Positions 54,701-62,600 of a DNA stretch of 64,000 nt are shown here, piece after piece (position 1 is the stretch's first letter; each line of letters opens with the position of its first letter). The translations under genes were made by a program, and so were the position numbers. Origin of the DNA: Rhodothermia bacterium (GTDB taxonomy: Bacteria > Bacteroidota > Rhodothermia > Rhodothermales > JAAAOL01). The DNA lies in assembly GCA_030428385.1 (NCBI GenBank), contig JAUIDY010000015.1:854-64853 (forward strand), read 5' to 3'. The notes below the pieces were generated by a model. That model did no database searches and was not told the origin of the DNA. It saw only the letters and a program-made list of their open reading frames with translations.

Positions 54701-57662
54701 CACCAACCCTGCCATCCTCTCCGGCGATCTTCAGCAGAACGACAGCGGTAACTTCACGGGCAACGGCGACAACGCCTTCCACGTCGTCTCGGGTAGCGGC
54801 ACCGACGCCACGACCATCCTCGATGGTTTTACCATCACCGCTGGCAATGCCAACGGCGGCGGCTTCCCAACCGACGGGGGCGGTGGGATTTTCAACGAAG
54901 CGGGTAGTCCTACCATTACCCGGAGTACCATCACAGGAAACAAGGCTTTCCGGGGCGGTGGCGTCTACAACACCGCAGGCAGCACGCCTGCCATCACACA
55001 CAACACGATCCACGGCAACCAAGCTTCCGATGGCGGTGGCATCTACACGATCAACAGCACGCCGATCATCACCGGCAATACGATTGTGGACAACACGGCC
55101 GGCTTCGGCGGTGGCCTCTACAACAGCAACAGCAACGCCACCATCACCGGCAACACCATCACGGGCAACGTTGCTGGAACCACAGGCGGGGGTATCCGCA
55201 ACCTCGACAGCAACCCGACGATCACGGCGACGATCCTCTATGGCAACAGCGACAGCGGCGGCACCGACGCCTCGGGCCAGATGGACAACAACAACTCCGC
55301 GCCCACGGTCAGCTACTCCATCGTCCAGGGCGGCCGCTCCACAGGCACCATCGACGGCGGTAGCAACCTCACTGACGACCCACTGCTTGGCCTCCTGCAA
55401 AACAACGGCGGCCCCACCCCCACCAGGCTCCCGTTCAGCAACTCTCCAGCCATAGATACGGGTACCTGCGCCGGGCAGACCGGGGACCAGCGTGAAGAAC
55501 CTCGCCCGTACGATGACCCCGGCATCTCCAACGCCGACGACGGCTGCGACATCGGCGCGGTAGAGATTCAGTCCGACGATGACACTTCAGCCACCTGCGC
55601 GGGCACCTGCTATGTCGATGCCTCGGCCTCGGGTGCAGGCATTGGCATCTCGTGGGCCAATGCCTTCACCTCGCTGCAAGATGCACTGGCTGCAGCCGTC
55701 AGCGGCGATGAGATCTGGGTTGCCGAGGGCACCTATTACCCCGACGAAAGCAACGGCGTTGCGGTCGACACGGATGACCGCAACGCCACCTTCCAACTTA
55801 TCTCGGGCATAGCGCTCTATGGCGGCTTCGCTGGTGGTGAGACGGCCATCGAACAGCGCGACATCGTCGCCAACCCGGCCATCCTATCGGGCGATCTGCA
55901 GCAGAATGACGGCCCCGACTTCACAAACAACGGCGATAATGCCTGCCACGTCGTCAACACCAGCGGCACCGACAACACCGCTCTGCTCGACGGTTTTACC
56001 ATCACGGCCGGAAATGCGTACGGCTGCACTTCCCCAATTAGCCCGGGCGGCGGCATCTACAACGAAGCGGGCAATGCGACCATTACCCGGAACACCATCA
56101 CGGGAAACAATGCCTCTCGGGGCGGTGGCATCTACATCACCACAGGCAGTACGCCCACCATCACGCAGAACACGATTGTCGACAACATGGCAAGCACCGG
56201 TGGTGGCATCTACACCACCGACAGCACGCCCACCATCACGGGAAACGCCATTTCTGACAATGAAGCTAGGAGCGGTGGCGGCATCTACACCCAAAGTAGC
56301 ACGCCGACCATCACAGGAAACACCATTTCTGGCAACCATGCCGTCAATAATGGAGGGGGCATCTTAGCGACGACTAGCACCACGCCCATCATAATGAGCA
56401 ACACGATTGTAGGCAATACAGCAGTCGACGGCGGCGGTATCCACATCCGAGCAGGCAGTACGGCTGCCGTCAGGGCCAATACCATAACGGGCAATAGTGC
56501 GACCTTGGGCGGTGGCATCTACAACACGCCTTTCACCAGTCCTGCGATTACCGGCAATACGATTGTAGGCAATAACGCAGAGTTCGGCGCGGGCATCTAC
56601 AATACCGGCACCTCCACGATCACCAGCAACACCATCACCGGCAATGTGGCATCCGACTCGGGTGGTGGTATCCGCAATTTCAATAGCAGCCCCACCATAA
56701 CGGCGACGATCCTCTACGACAACAGCGACAGCGGCGGCACCGACGCCTCCGCACAGATGGACAACAACACCGCCACACCCACGGTCAGCTACTCCATCGT
56801 CCAAGGTGGCCTCTCCGCAGGCACCGTCGACGGCGGTAACAACTTCACCGACGATCCCCAGCTCGGCCCCCTGCAAGACAACGGCGGCCCCACGCTCACA
56901 CGCAAACCCACCAGCCCCGACTCGCCCGTTGTGGATGCCATTCCTGCGGATGGCGGCGGCAAAACCAGCGCCCTCGGCTGTGGCACTTCGTGGACGACCG
57001 ACCAACGCGGCGAGCCCCGCCCCGCCGATGGCAACAACGATACCATCGCGGCCTGCGACATCGGGGCTGTCGAAGGACAATCTGCCGCCCTCCTTCCCGT
57101 CGAACTCGTCTCCTTCGAAGCCCTCCGCGATGCCGACCGCGTGATGCTTCGCTGGCACACCGCTGCCGAGACCAACAACGCCGGGTTTGAAGTGGAGGTG
57201 CGGGAAGTGGGAAGCGAGGCTGTGTGGCAGATGCTCGGCTTTGTGGATGGCGCGGGCACGACGACCACGCCGCAGGACTACACCTTTGAGGTGGCGGGGC
57301 TGGAAGCTGGGCGACATGTTTTCCGGCTGCGGCAGGTGGACTTCGATGGCACCTTTGCCTACTCGCCCCAGGTGGAAGTCGCGGTGGAAGTGGCCGGTCC
57401 CTATCACCTGTCCGAAGCGTACCCCAACCCCTTCAACCCGCAAACCCAGTTCTCGTTGGCGGTGAACCGCACGCAGCAGGTCGAGATCGCCGTCTACGAT
57501 GTACGCGGGCGGCGCGTGGCGGTGCTTTTCGCGGGCGAGATGGCCGCCCATCACAGCCGGGCGTTCGTCTGGGATGCCGCCCAACACCCGAGCGGCCTCT
57601 ACCTCATCCGCGTGGTCGGCGACCGCTTTGTGGAAACGCGGCGCGTGACGCTGGTGAAGTAA
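51780..57662 (+). CDS. Giant (1960 aa) secreted beta-helix protein with four ~400-aa modules (choice-of-anchor-Q-like) and T9SS C-terminal sorting domain
   Basis: Signal peptide ending in AVPSTFAQ. Four modules begin (C/I)YVDA..G.G.SW..AF..LQ.AL, continue with GGGIYN/PTITGNTI beta-helix turns, and end with DNGG(P/R)T.T..P..SPAID.G.C..Q..DQRGE.RP..CDIGAVE. The C-terminus is YPNPFNPQTQFSL..VYDVRGRRV..GLYLIRV. Confidence 0.9.
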   Translation: MNTYALLPLSCLRSPLLSTPAFCLRYAVLLAVLCFIAVPSTFAQVIYVDADAAGAGTGTSWPNAFRTLQEGLGAATSGDQIWVANGTYYPDVDNGGAINTDDRTATFQLLSGVALYGGFAGGETLLSQRNFDSNPAILSGDLLQNDGGNFTGNGDNAYHVVTGSGTNNTAILDGFVITAGNANDGSAPHNRGAGIYIDNGSPTIAGNTITENSAFAGGGLYHLNGSSPAITSNTFSDNRAIGGGGGILNNGGTATVTGNTIAGNTADDGGGVFNFSNTGLITNNTIDGNTATGEGGGIYNLQSSPMLTGNTITDNIATSTGGGLFNDQSNPVVTSTILYGNTDVTGTPALSQIFNVASTPTVSYSLVEGGLSAGTTDGGNNGTNDPLLGPLQDNGGLTFTRLPAISSPAIDTGTCAGLTTDQRGESRPHDAPDATFPNTDDGCDVGAVELQAPEITICGTGIGTCYVDASASGTGNGISWTDAFTTLQEALALATNGDEIWVADGTYYPDENDGGAINTDDRTASFGLKTDVGLYGGFAGSETMRSQRNPKINVTVLSGDLMQNDGANFANNGDNAYHVVTASFSGILDGFIITAGNANSPGDATDHDNRGAGIYVGDASPTINGNIITRNSAVRGGAGLYLFGFADNPTISRNVISENRAARSGAGSGGGILASSPGATISHNTIMNNDAHAGGGIYSIGFQFITGNTIVGNAASSGAGLVLLDDASLKGNTIVDNYASYEGGGINVRTPRAPHPTITATILYGNSDGGGTDASAQIHIDSGAAPTVSYSIVQGGLSAGIIDGGNNLTADPRLLPLADNGGRTPTMLPLGSSPAIDAGTCDGQTTDQRGEPRPYDNPSIANADDACDIGAVEAQSDDPYQLVCSGICYVDATATGTGDGTSWTNAFPMLQDALFLSLSGSQIWVADGTYYPDESTILGVDSDSRNATFQLLSGVALYGGFAGGETALNQRDPATNPAILSGDLQQNDSGNFTGNGDNAFHVVSGSGTDATTILDGFTITAGNANGGGFPTDGGGGIFNEAGSPTITRSTITGNKAFRGGGVYNTAGSTPAITHNTIHGNQASDGGGIYTINSTPIITGNTIVDNTAGFGGGLYNSNSNATITGNTITGNVAGTTGGGIRNLDSNPTITATILYGNSDSGGTDASGQMDNNNSAPTVSYSIVQGGRSTGTIDGGSNLTDDPLLGLLQNNGGPTPTRLPFSNSPAIDTGTCAGQTGDQREEPRPYDDPGISNADDGCDIGAVEIQSDDDTSATCAGTCYVDASASGAGIGISWANAFTSLQDALAAAVSGDEIWVAEGTYYPDESNGVAVDTDDRNATFQLISGIALYGGFAGGETAIEQRDIVANPAILSGDLQQNDGPDFTNNGDNACHVVNTSGTDNTALLDGFTITAGNAYGCTSPISPGGGIYNEAGNATITRNTITGNNASRGGGIYITTGSTPTITQNTIVDNMASTGGGIYTTDSTPTITGNAISDNEARSGGGIYTQSSTPTITGNTISGNHAVNNGGGILATTSTTPIIMSNTIVGNTAVDGGGIHIRAGSTAAVRANTITGNSATLGGGIYNTPFTSPAITGNTIVGNNAEFGAGIYNTGTSTITSNTITGNVASDSGGGIRNFNSSPTITATILYDNSDSGGTDASAQMDNNTATPTVSYSIVQGGLSAGTVDGGNNFTDDPQLGPLQDNGGPTLTRKPTSPDSPVVDAIPADGGGKTSALGCGTSWTTDQRGEPRPADGNNDTIAACDIGAVEGQSAALLPVELVSFEALRDADRVMLRWHTAAETNNAGFEVEVREVGSEAVWQMLGFVDGAGTTTTPQDYTFEVAGLEAGRHVFRLRQVDFDGTFAYSPQVEVAVEVAGPYHLSEAYPNPFNPQTQFSLAVNRTQQVEIAVYDVRGRRVAVLFAGEMAAHHSRAFVWDAAQHPSGLYLIRVVGDRFVETRRVTLVK

Positions 57663-57716
57663 CCATTCAACCCAAGTACGCCTTTTTCTCTCCCCTAACC
57701 AAACCAGGACACGATC

Positions 57717-58190
57717 ATGGGACAGCAACAACTTCTCCTCCTCGTACTCACCATCGTCCTCGTCGGGCTCGCCGTGGTCATCGGCATCAACGCCTTCGGT
57801 GAGAACACCGTCAAGAGCAACGCCGACGCGATGCTCAACGACGCCCTGCGCATGGCAAGCGACATCCAGGCGTGGGCCATCAAGCCCGAACTGGTGGGCG
57901 GCGGCGGGGGCGACCTGTCCGCGCTGAACAGCACGGCCTACCTCAACGACGTGGGCTACCAGATCGGCACCGGCGGCTGTGCGGCCAGTGAATACGGCAA
58001 CCTCAACGGCTGTTACGAACTCGGTTCAGGCTCCGGCGGTTTGTGCGGGGCCGACCCCGTTCCGCCCGTCGATGGCGGCGAAGACCTTTTCATCCTGGGC
58101 CGCAATGAAAATACGGGCAACCGCGTGTGCATCCTCATTTCCGGCACCAAAGCCGCAAACATCGGCACGGCGGTGCTGTATGGCACCTGA
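57717..58190 (+). CDS. Small pilin-like protein (N-terminal hydrophobic helix, Gly/Cys-rich globular part)
   Basis: MGQQQLLLLVLTIVLVGLAVVIGINAF is followed by the amphipathic SNADAMLNDALRMASDIQAW. The gene starts 54 nt after the giant gene. Confidence 0.6.
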   Translation: MGQQQLLLLVLTIVLVGLAVVIGINAFGENTVKSNADAMLNDALRMASDIQAWAIKPELVGGGGGDLSALNSTAYLNDVGYQIGTGGCAASEYGNLNGCYELGSGSGGLCGADPVPPVDGGEDLFILGRNENTGNRVCILISGTKAANIGTAVLYGT

Positions 58191-58237
58191 GGCGTCGTTC
58201 GCTGTGGGGGCGGGGTAGCTTGAAGCTGCTTTGGTTT

Positions 58238-58423
58238 TCAGTAACGCACCACCTGTTGCGTTGCTACCCCGTCTCCCGTGCGAAGCTGAACCCAATACAT
58301 GCCACTGCCCAGCCGCTCTGTTTGCCATGTCTGTTCATGCAAACCCGCGGGCAGCACCACGTCCTGCACCAACCGCTTCATGCGGCGAGCAGAGGAAAAT
58401 ATCAGCGCACATGGCTTGTAACT
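58238..58423 (-). pseudogene. Relic of a T9SS C-terminal sorting domain
   Basis: The minus-strand frame reads SYKPCALIFSSARRMKRLVQDVVLPAGLHEQTWQTERLGSGMYWVQLRTGDGVATQQVVRY-stop. This matches the last ~55 aa of the sorting domains in this window. An in-frame TAG lies immediately upstream. Confidence 0.5.
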
Positions 58424-58469
58424 CTACCCACCAAACAGGACATTAAAAAGGCAATTCCTCCCCACCGGC

Positions 58470-59555
58470 TTGACAAAAACTATGAAACGTTTTGTTGCCT
58501 TCGCGCTTCTGCTACTCCTTCTCGGCGGACTGGCTTATTATTTCAACACGAATCAACAACGCGCTGATGACGCCCCGCTCGTCTCCACGTTCTCCATCGT
58601 CGGCTATGACGTGGCGACGGGTGACCTTGGCATTGCGGTGCAGAGCAAATTTCCCAACGTCCGCCCCATCGTGCCGTGGGCCAAGGCAGGCGTCGGCGCG
58701 GTCGCCACGCAGAGCTTCGCCGAGATCGACTACGGTGTCAAGGGACTCGAACTGATGGAAAACGGAGCCACTGCGCCCGAAGCATTGGCGATCTTGGTAC
58801 GCAACGATCCCAATTCTGAACAGCGGCAGGTGGGCATGATAGATGCCCACGGCAACGCAGCCATGTGGACGGGCGAGGCGTGCTTTGCATGGGCGGGTGG
58901 ACGCGTAGGTCAGCAAGAGGGTGCAGCCACAGAAGTTGGGCCCGATGATGGCGCGGTGGGCGCGGTGGTGACCGGGCACGGCTACACAGCCCAAGGCAAC
59001 ATCCTCGTCTCCGAGGAAACCGTGCAAGCGATGGCGGAGGCGTTTGAATCCACCGACGGCGAACTGGCCGACCGGCTGATGGCAGCCCTCATCGCGGGTG
59101 GCGAGGCCGGGGGCGACCAGCGCGGGGAGCAGAGCGCGGCGCTGCTGGTAGTGCGCCAAGACGCAGGCTACGACGGCCTCGACAACTTCATCGACATCTC
59201 GGTTTACGACCACGAAACGCCCATCGCCGAACTGAACCGGCTGTACCAGCTCAACAACCTGTATTTCACGCAGTCGAAGCCGGAAAACATGATCCCGGTC
59301 ACGGAGGACATCGCCAAGGAATTCCAACAGATCTGGCAGACACGGGGCTTCTACGATGGCCCGCTCGACGGTGTGGTAGATGCCGACTTCCAAAGCCTAC
59401 TCGTCGACTACATGGGCTGGGAGAACTACGACCTGCGCATCGCCCCCGTACAAGAAGTGGACCTTGCCGCCGGCGAGACGCTGATGTTCGACCGCGAGGT
59501 GCTGGCCGACATCCGGGCGGTGTTTGAAGAAGGGCGCTGGAAACCGAAGCAATAG
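58470..59555 (+). CDS. DUF1028 (Ntn-hydrolase-like) protein with C-terminal peptidoglycan-binding-like domain
   Basis: After the anchor, STFSIVGYDVATGDLGIAVQSKF is the typical DUF1028 N-terminus. The C-terminus IWQTRGFYDGPLDGVVDADF resembles PG_binding_1. Confidence 0.8.
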   Translation: MTKTMKRFVAFALLLLLLGGLAYYFNTNQQRADDAPLVSTFSIVGYDVATGDLGIAVQSKFPNVRPIVPWAKAGVGAVATQSFAEIDYGVKGLELMENGATAPEALAILVRNDPNSEQRQVGMIDAHGNAAMWTGEACFAWAGGRVGQQEGAATEVGPDDGAVGAVVTGHGYTAQGNILVSEETVQAMAEAFESTDGELADRLMAALIAGGEAGGDQRGEQSAALLVVRQDAGYDGLDNFIDISVYDHETPIAELNRLYQLNNLYFTQSKPENMIPVTEDIAKEFQQIWQTRGFYDGPLDGVVDADFQSLLVDYMGWENYDLRIAPVQEVDLAAGETLMFDREVLADIRAVFEEGRWKPKQ

Positions 59556-59643
59556 GCGGCCTTTGCTTGCATTAGTGCACCGGATTTGCGTTTCGTAGAA
59601 AAGCCCGTCGTGCAGCTTTTCTCATCCTACAGATCTGCCTGCG

Positions 59644-62600
59644 ATGAAATGCCTATCCGCCCTGCTCCCCGTCGCACGGCTCGCCGTGATCGGACTTGTC
59701 TTGTGCTTGCCCCGATACACCTACGCCCAGGGAACGCCGTGCCCGGACGGTAACGGCTGTTATGGGCTGGGCGAATTAACCGCCTTCGAAGCCGATGGCA
59801 CCACCGAAATCACGTCCATTCCCGCTGGTGACACGTTTGATCTCATTTTCGGGCTGCATGTTGCCGGAAGTAGCATCACGCCGGAGCCCCATCCCAATGG
59901 GTCGCTCACGTTTACCTTCGGCAGCGGCACCTTCGTCGCTCTGCTTGGGCAACCCGAGGTCTCGCTTCCCAACTTTGTGTGCACGGGCGGCACCGACGGC
60001 GCACCGCTCACCTGTACGTGGGACGGATTTTCCTCGACGGGCTTTTCCATTGTGTTTGGCATTCGGGTGCAGGCCCCGTTGGTCACCACGGAGATCATCC
60101 TCCCGATTATGGGCACCGTCGATCCGTACGATGCCACCCTTGGCAACATTGGCGTACACCGCATGCAGACCACCGATCTGACGGTGGAGGCGGGCGAAGC
60201 CCCGGCCACCGACCTCGAAACGTTCATCAACGGGCCGGATGAGGTGGAAGCCAATGCGGAATACACCTACGACGTGATCATCCAGAACAACGGGCCGAAC
60301 CCGTCGGGCACGTTTACGATGTCGACCAATGCATCAGAGACGGTCCTCAGCGGATCGCTTCCCTCGTGCGCCGCCGAATCGACGGTGAACCTGCAATGCC
60401 CCGACCTGGGCCCGCTGGCACCGGGCGAAAGCGTCACCGTGACCGTGACCGCGCAAGCCGGAGAAGATCTGGGCAACACGTTGGTGTCGGCCCGTTGGAT
60501 CAACGATGCGCTGGACGACACCAACCCTGGCAACGACATCGTGTTTTATAACTTCGATATCGTCGAGCCTACCGCTGAGGCCGACCTGTCGCTGGCGTGT
60601 GAACAAGCGGAAGGAGACAAGCAAGGAGACGAAGTGAATGCGGGCTCCAGCCGCACCTATGTGTGCCAGGCCAACAACCCCGAGGAGGAGGCCGTGGAGA
60701 ATGCCATACTTGCCGTAGCGGCAACGCCTTCAGACGCCCTTCCCCCCGAGGATATTGGGATCGAACCGCCCGACGGGTGGACAGCAGGTGCCACCTCGGT
60801 AACCACGCCGGTGTTATCGCCCGGCCTGTCCGGCCCGATCACCATCACCGTTACGTTCAACCAGCCGGGGGCCATCTCGCTTGGCTTCTCGCTTTCGTCC
60901 GACGCCTCCGACCCGAACCCCAGCGACAACACCTTTTTGGAAGAACTCGACGTGGTGGCCCCGGACCTAAGCGTGGAGATTATTGGACCGGATGAGGGGA
61001 TTGGGCAATTAAACGAAAGCGGCGATCGCTTGAATGCGCAATATCCTTTCACGGTTAAGGTTGAAAACCTGAGTACGGCGAAGGCCACCTCAGAAGCATC
61101 TATATTGGATATTACGGTAATCTTCTCTTTTTACTTTGTTGAGTTTCCACCGGGGTGCAGCGGCATAGACCAGGACACGCCGATCCTACGTTGTCAAATT
61201 GGTGCTCTGGCTCCAGGAGACAACATTCAGATTGGCCTCGACATGAGAATGGAGTTGGTAGGTGATTATTTTGATCTTACTCCAGAACAACAACTCATAC
61301 CAATTGAAGCCGAGGTCCGGCCAGTCTCCCCGGAAGCGGACGAGGATACCACCAACCATCAGACAAGCAAAGAATTTCGCATCGTCCCGCCCACCGCGTT
61401 TGTGTTCTTGGACCCCGTCCCAACAGTCCCCAGCGGCGTGGTCCGGGTGCAGCGGGGCACCCTCACCAACAACACCGACGAGCAGCAAGACGTCACCACC
61501 ACGGTCTTTTCCACGGTCAGCAACCTGGTGAAAATCAACCGCGTGACCACCGAGGACGGCGTATGCACCTTCGAGGAAGACGTCGAGGAATACACCTGCA
61601 CGGCACAGCTTGAACCGGAAGAAAGTCAGGAGGTGGAGGTTACGTACGCCACGCTCGGCGAAGGCACGGCTTCGGTGTGTGCGCGGGTGGAAGAGACCAC
61701 GCAAGAGGTATGCACCGAATACAACATCGGTCCGCCGCAGGCATTACCCGATCTCTTCGTCTCCCCGCTTGAACTTAACCCTGATGTCCGCCTGTTTGGA
61801 GTCGATGTCATCTATGAGGTGCTCGTTACCGTAGGCAACAAGGACGATGCCGAAGCCGATTCGAAAGACTCGGAATTGCTGCTTACCTCCCATCTCGATA
61901 TTCCCCCGCTGTTCGACCTTCTACCTGAAGGCTGCTCTGCGAGGAACCTCATCAATGATGAGGACGAAGGCATCGACTTCGTAGGTGTCTTCTGTCCCGT
62001 TGGCCCCCTTGCCATCGGCGAGACACGGACCTACGCGTTTTCGTTTCTCACCCCGCCGGACTTAATCGAACCCTCCATCGAAGAACGTATCGGGCTTCTG
62101 CATGAGGCCACCATCACCCCCCTCGATCCGGTGCTAGACCGCGACATGACCGACCACCACAAGCTAGTGGAGGCCGAATTTACCAACAGCGACTATCTGC
62201 TCGAAGACCGTGCTCCCGCTAGTGCCGTCACGAACACCCCCGTCGCCGTTCCTTTATTCATTACCAACGTCACCAATCAAGCCGCTTCCCTCCAACTCGA
62301 CCTAACCGGCAGCGAGGCTGCCACCTTCATCGAGAGCCTTACCGATGTTGCTGATACCCAGTTGAACGGGTCGACAGCCACCCAGACGTTTAATGTCCCC
62401 GAAAACAGTACGGTGCAAGTAGGGGTGGTCGTATCATTTAATACCGCCGGCACACAGACTGTTGATCTCCGGCTAGCCGATCAGGACACGGAAGTCCTCA
62501 CCCAAACCCTCTCTGTGCTACTTTCGGACGAACCACTCTGCACCGTCACCAAAGAACTCCTAAGCGACGACGCAACGCCGCCTGTAAATCTAAGCCAGGA

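Noticed and set aside
51915-57080. Regular ~1.2-kb repeats, and the G-rich heptamers at 46479, considered as CRISPR-like arrays.
   Set aside because: The 1.2-kb repeats are coding modules in a single ORF. The heptamers have no spacers. No cas genes are present.
51666-57731. Long minus-strand ORFs inside the giant gene (51666-52955, 54423-55400, 56364-57731 and smaller ones).
   Set aside because: They are antisense shadows typical of high-GC repetitive coding DNA. Their products are low-complexity G/A/V/R-rich with no motifs. The plus frame has a signal peptide, a modular domain structure and a T9SS tail.
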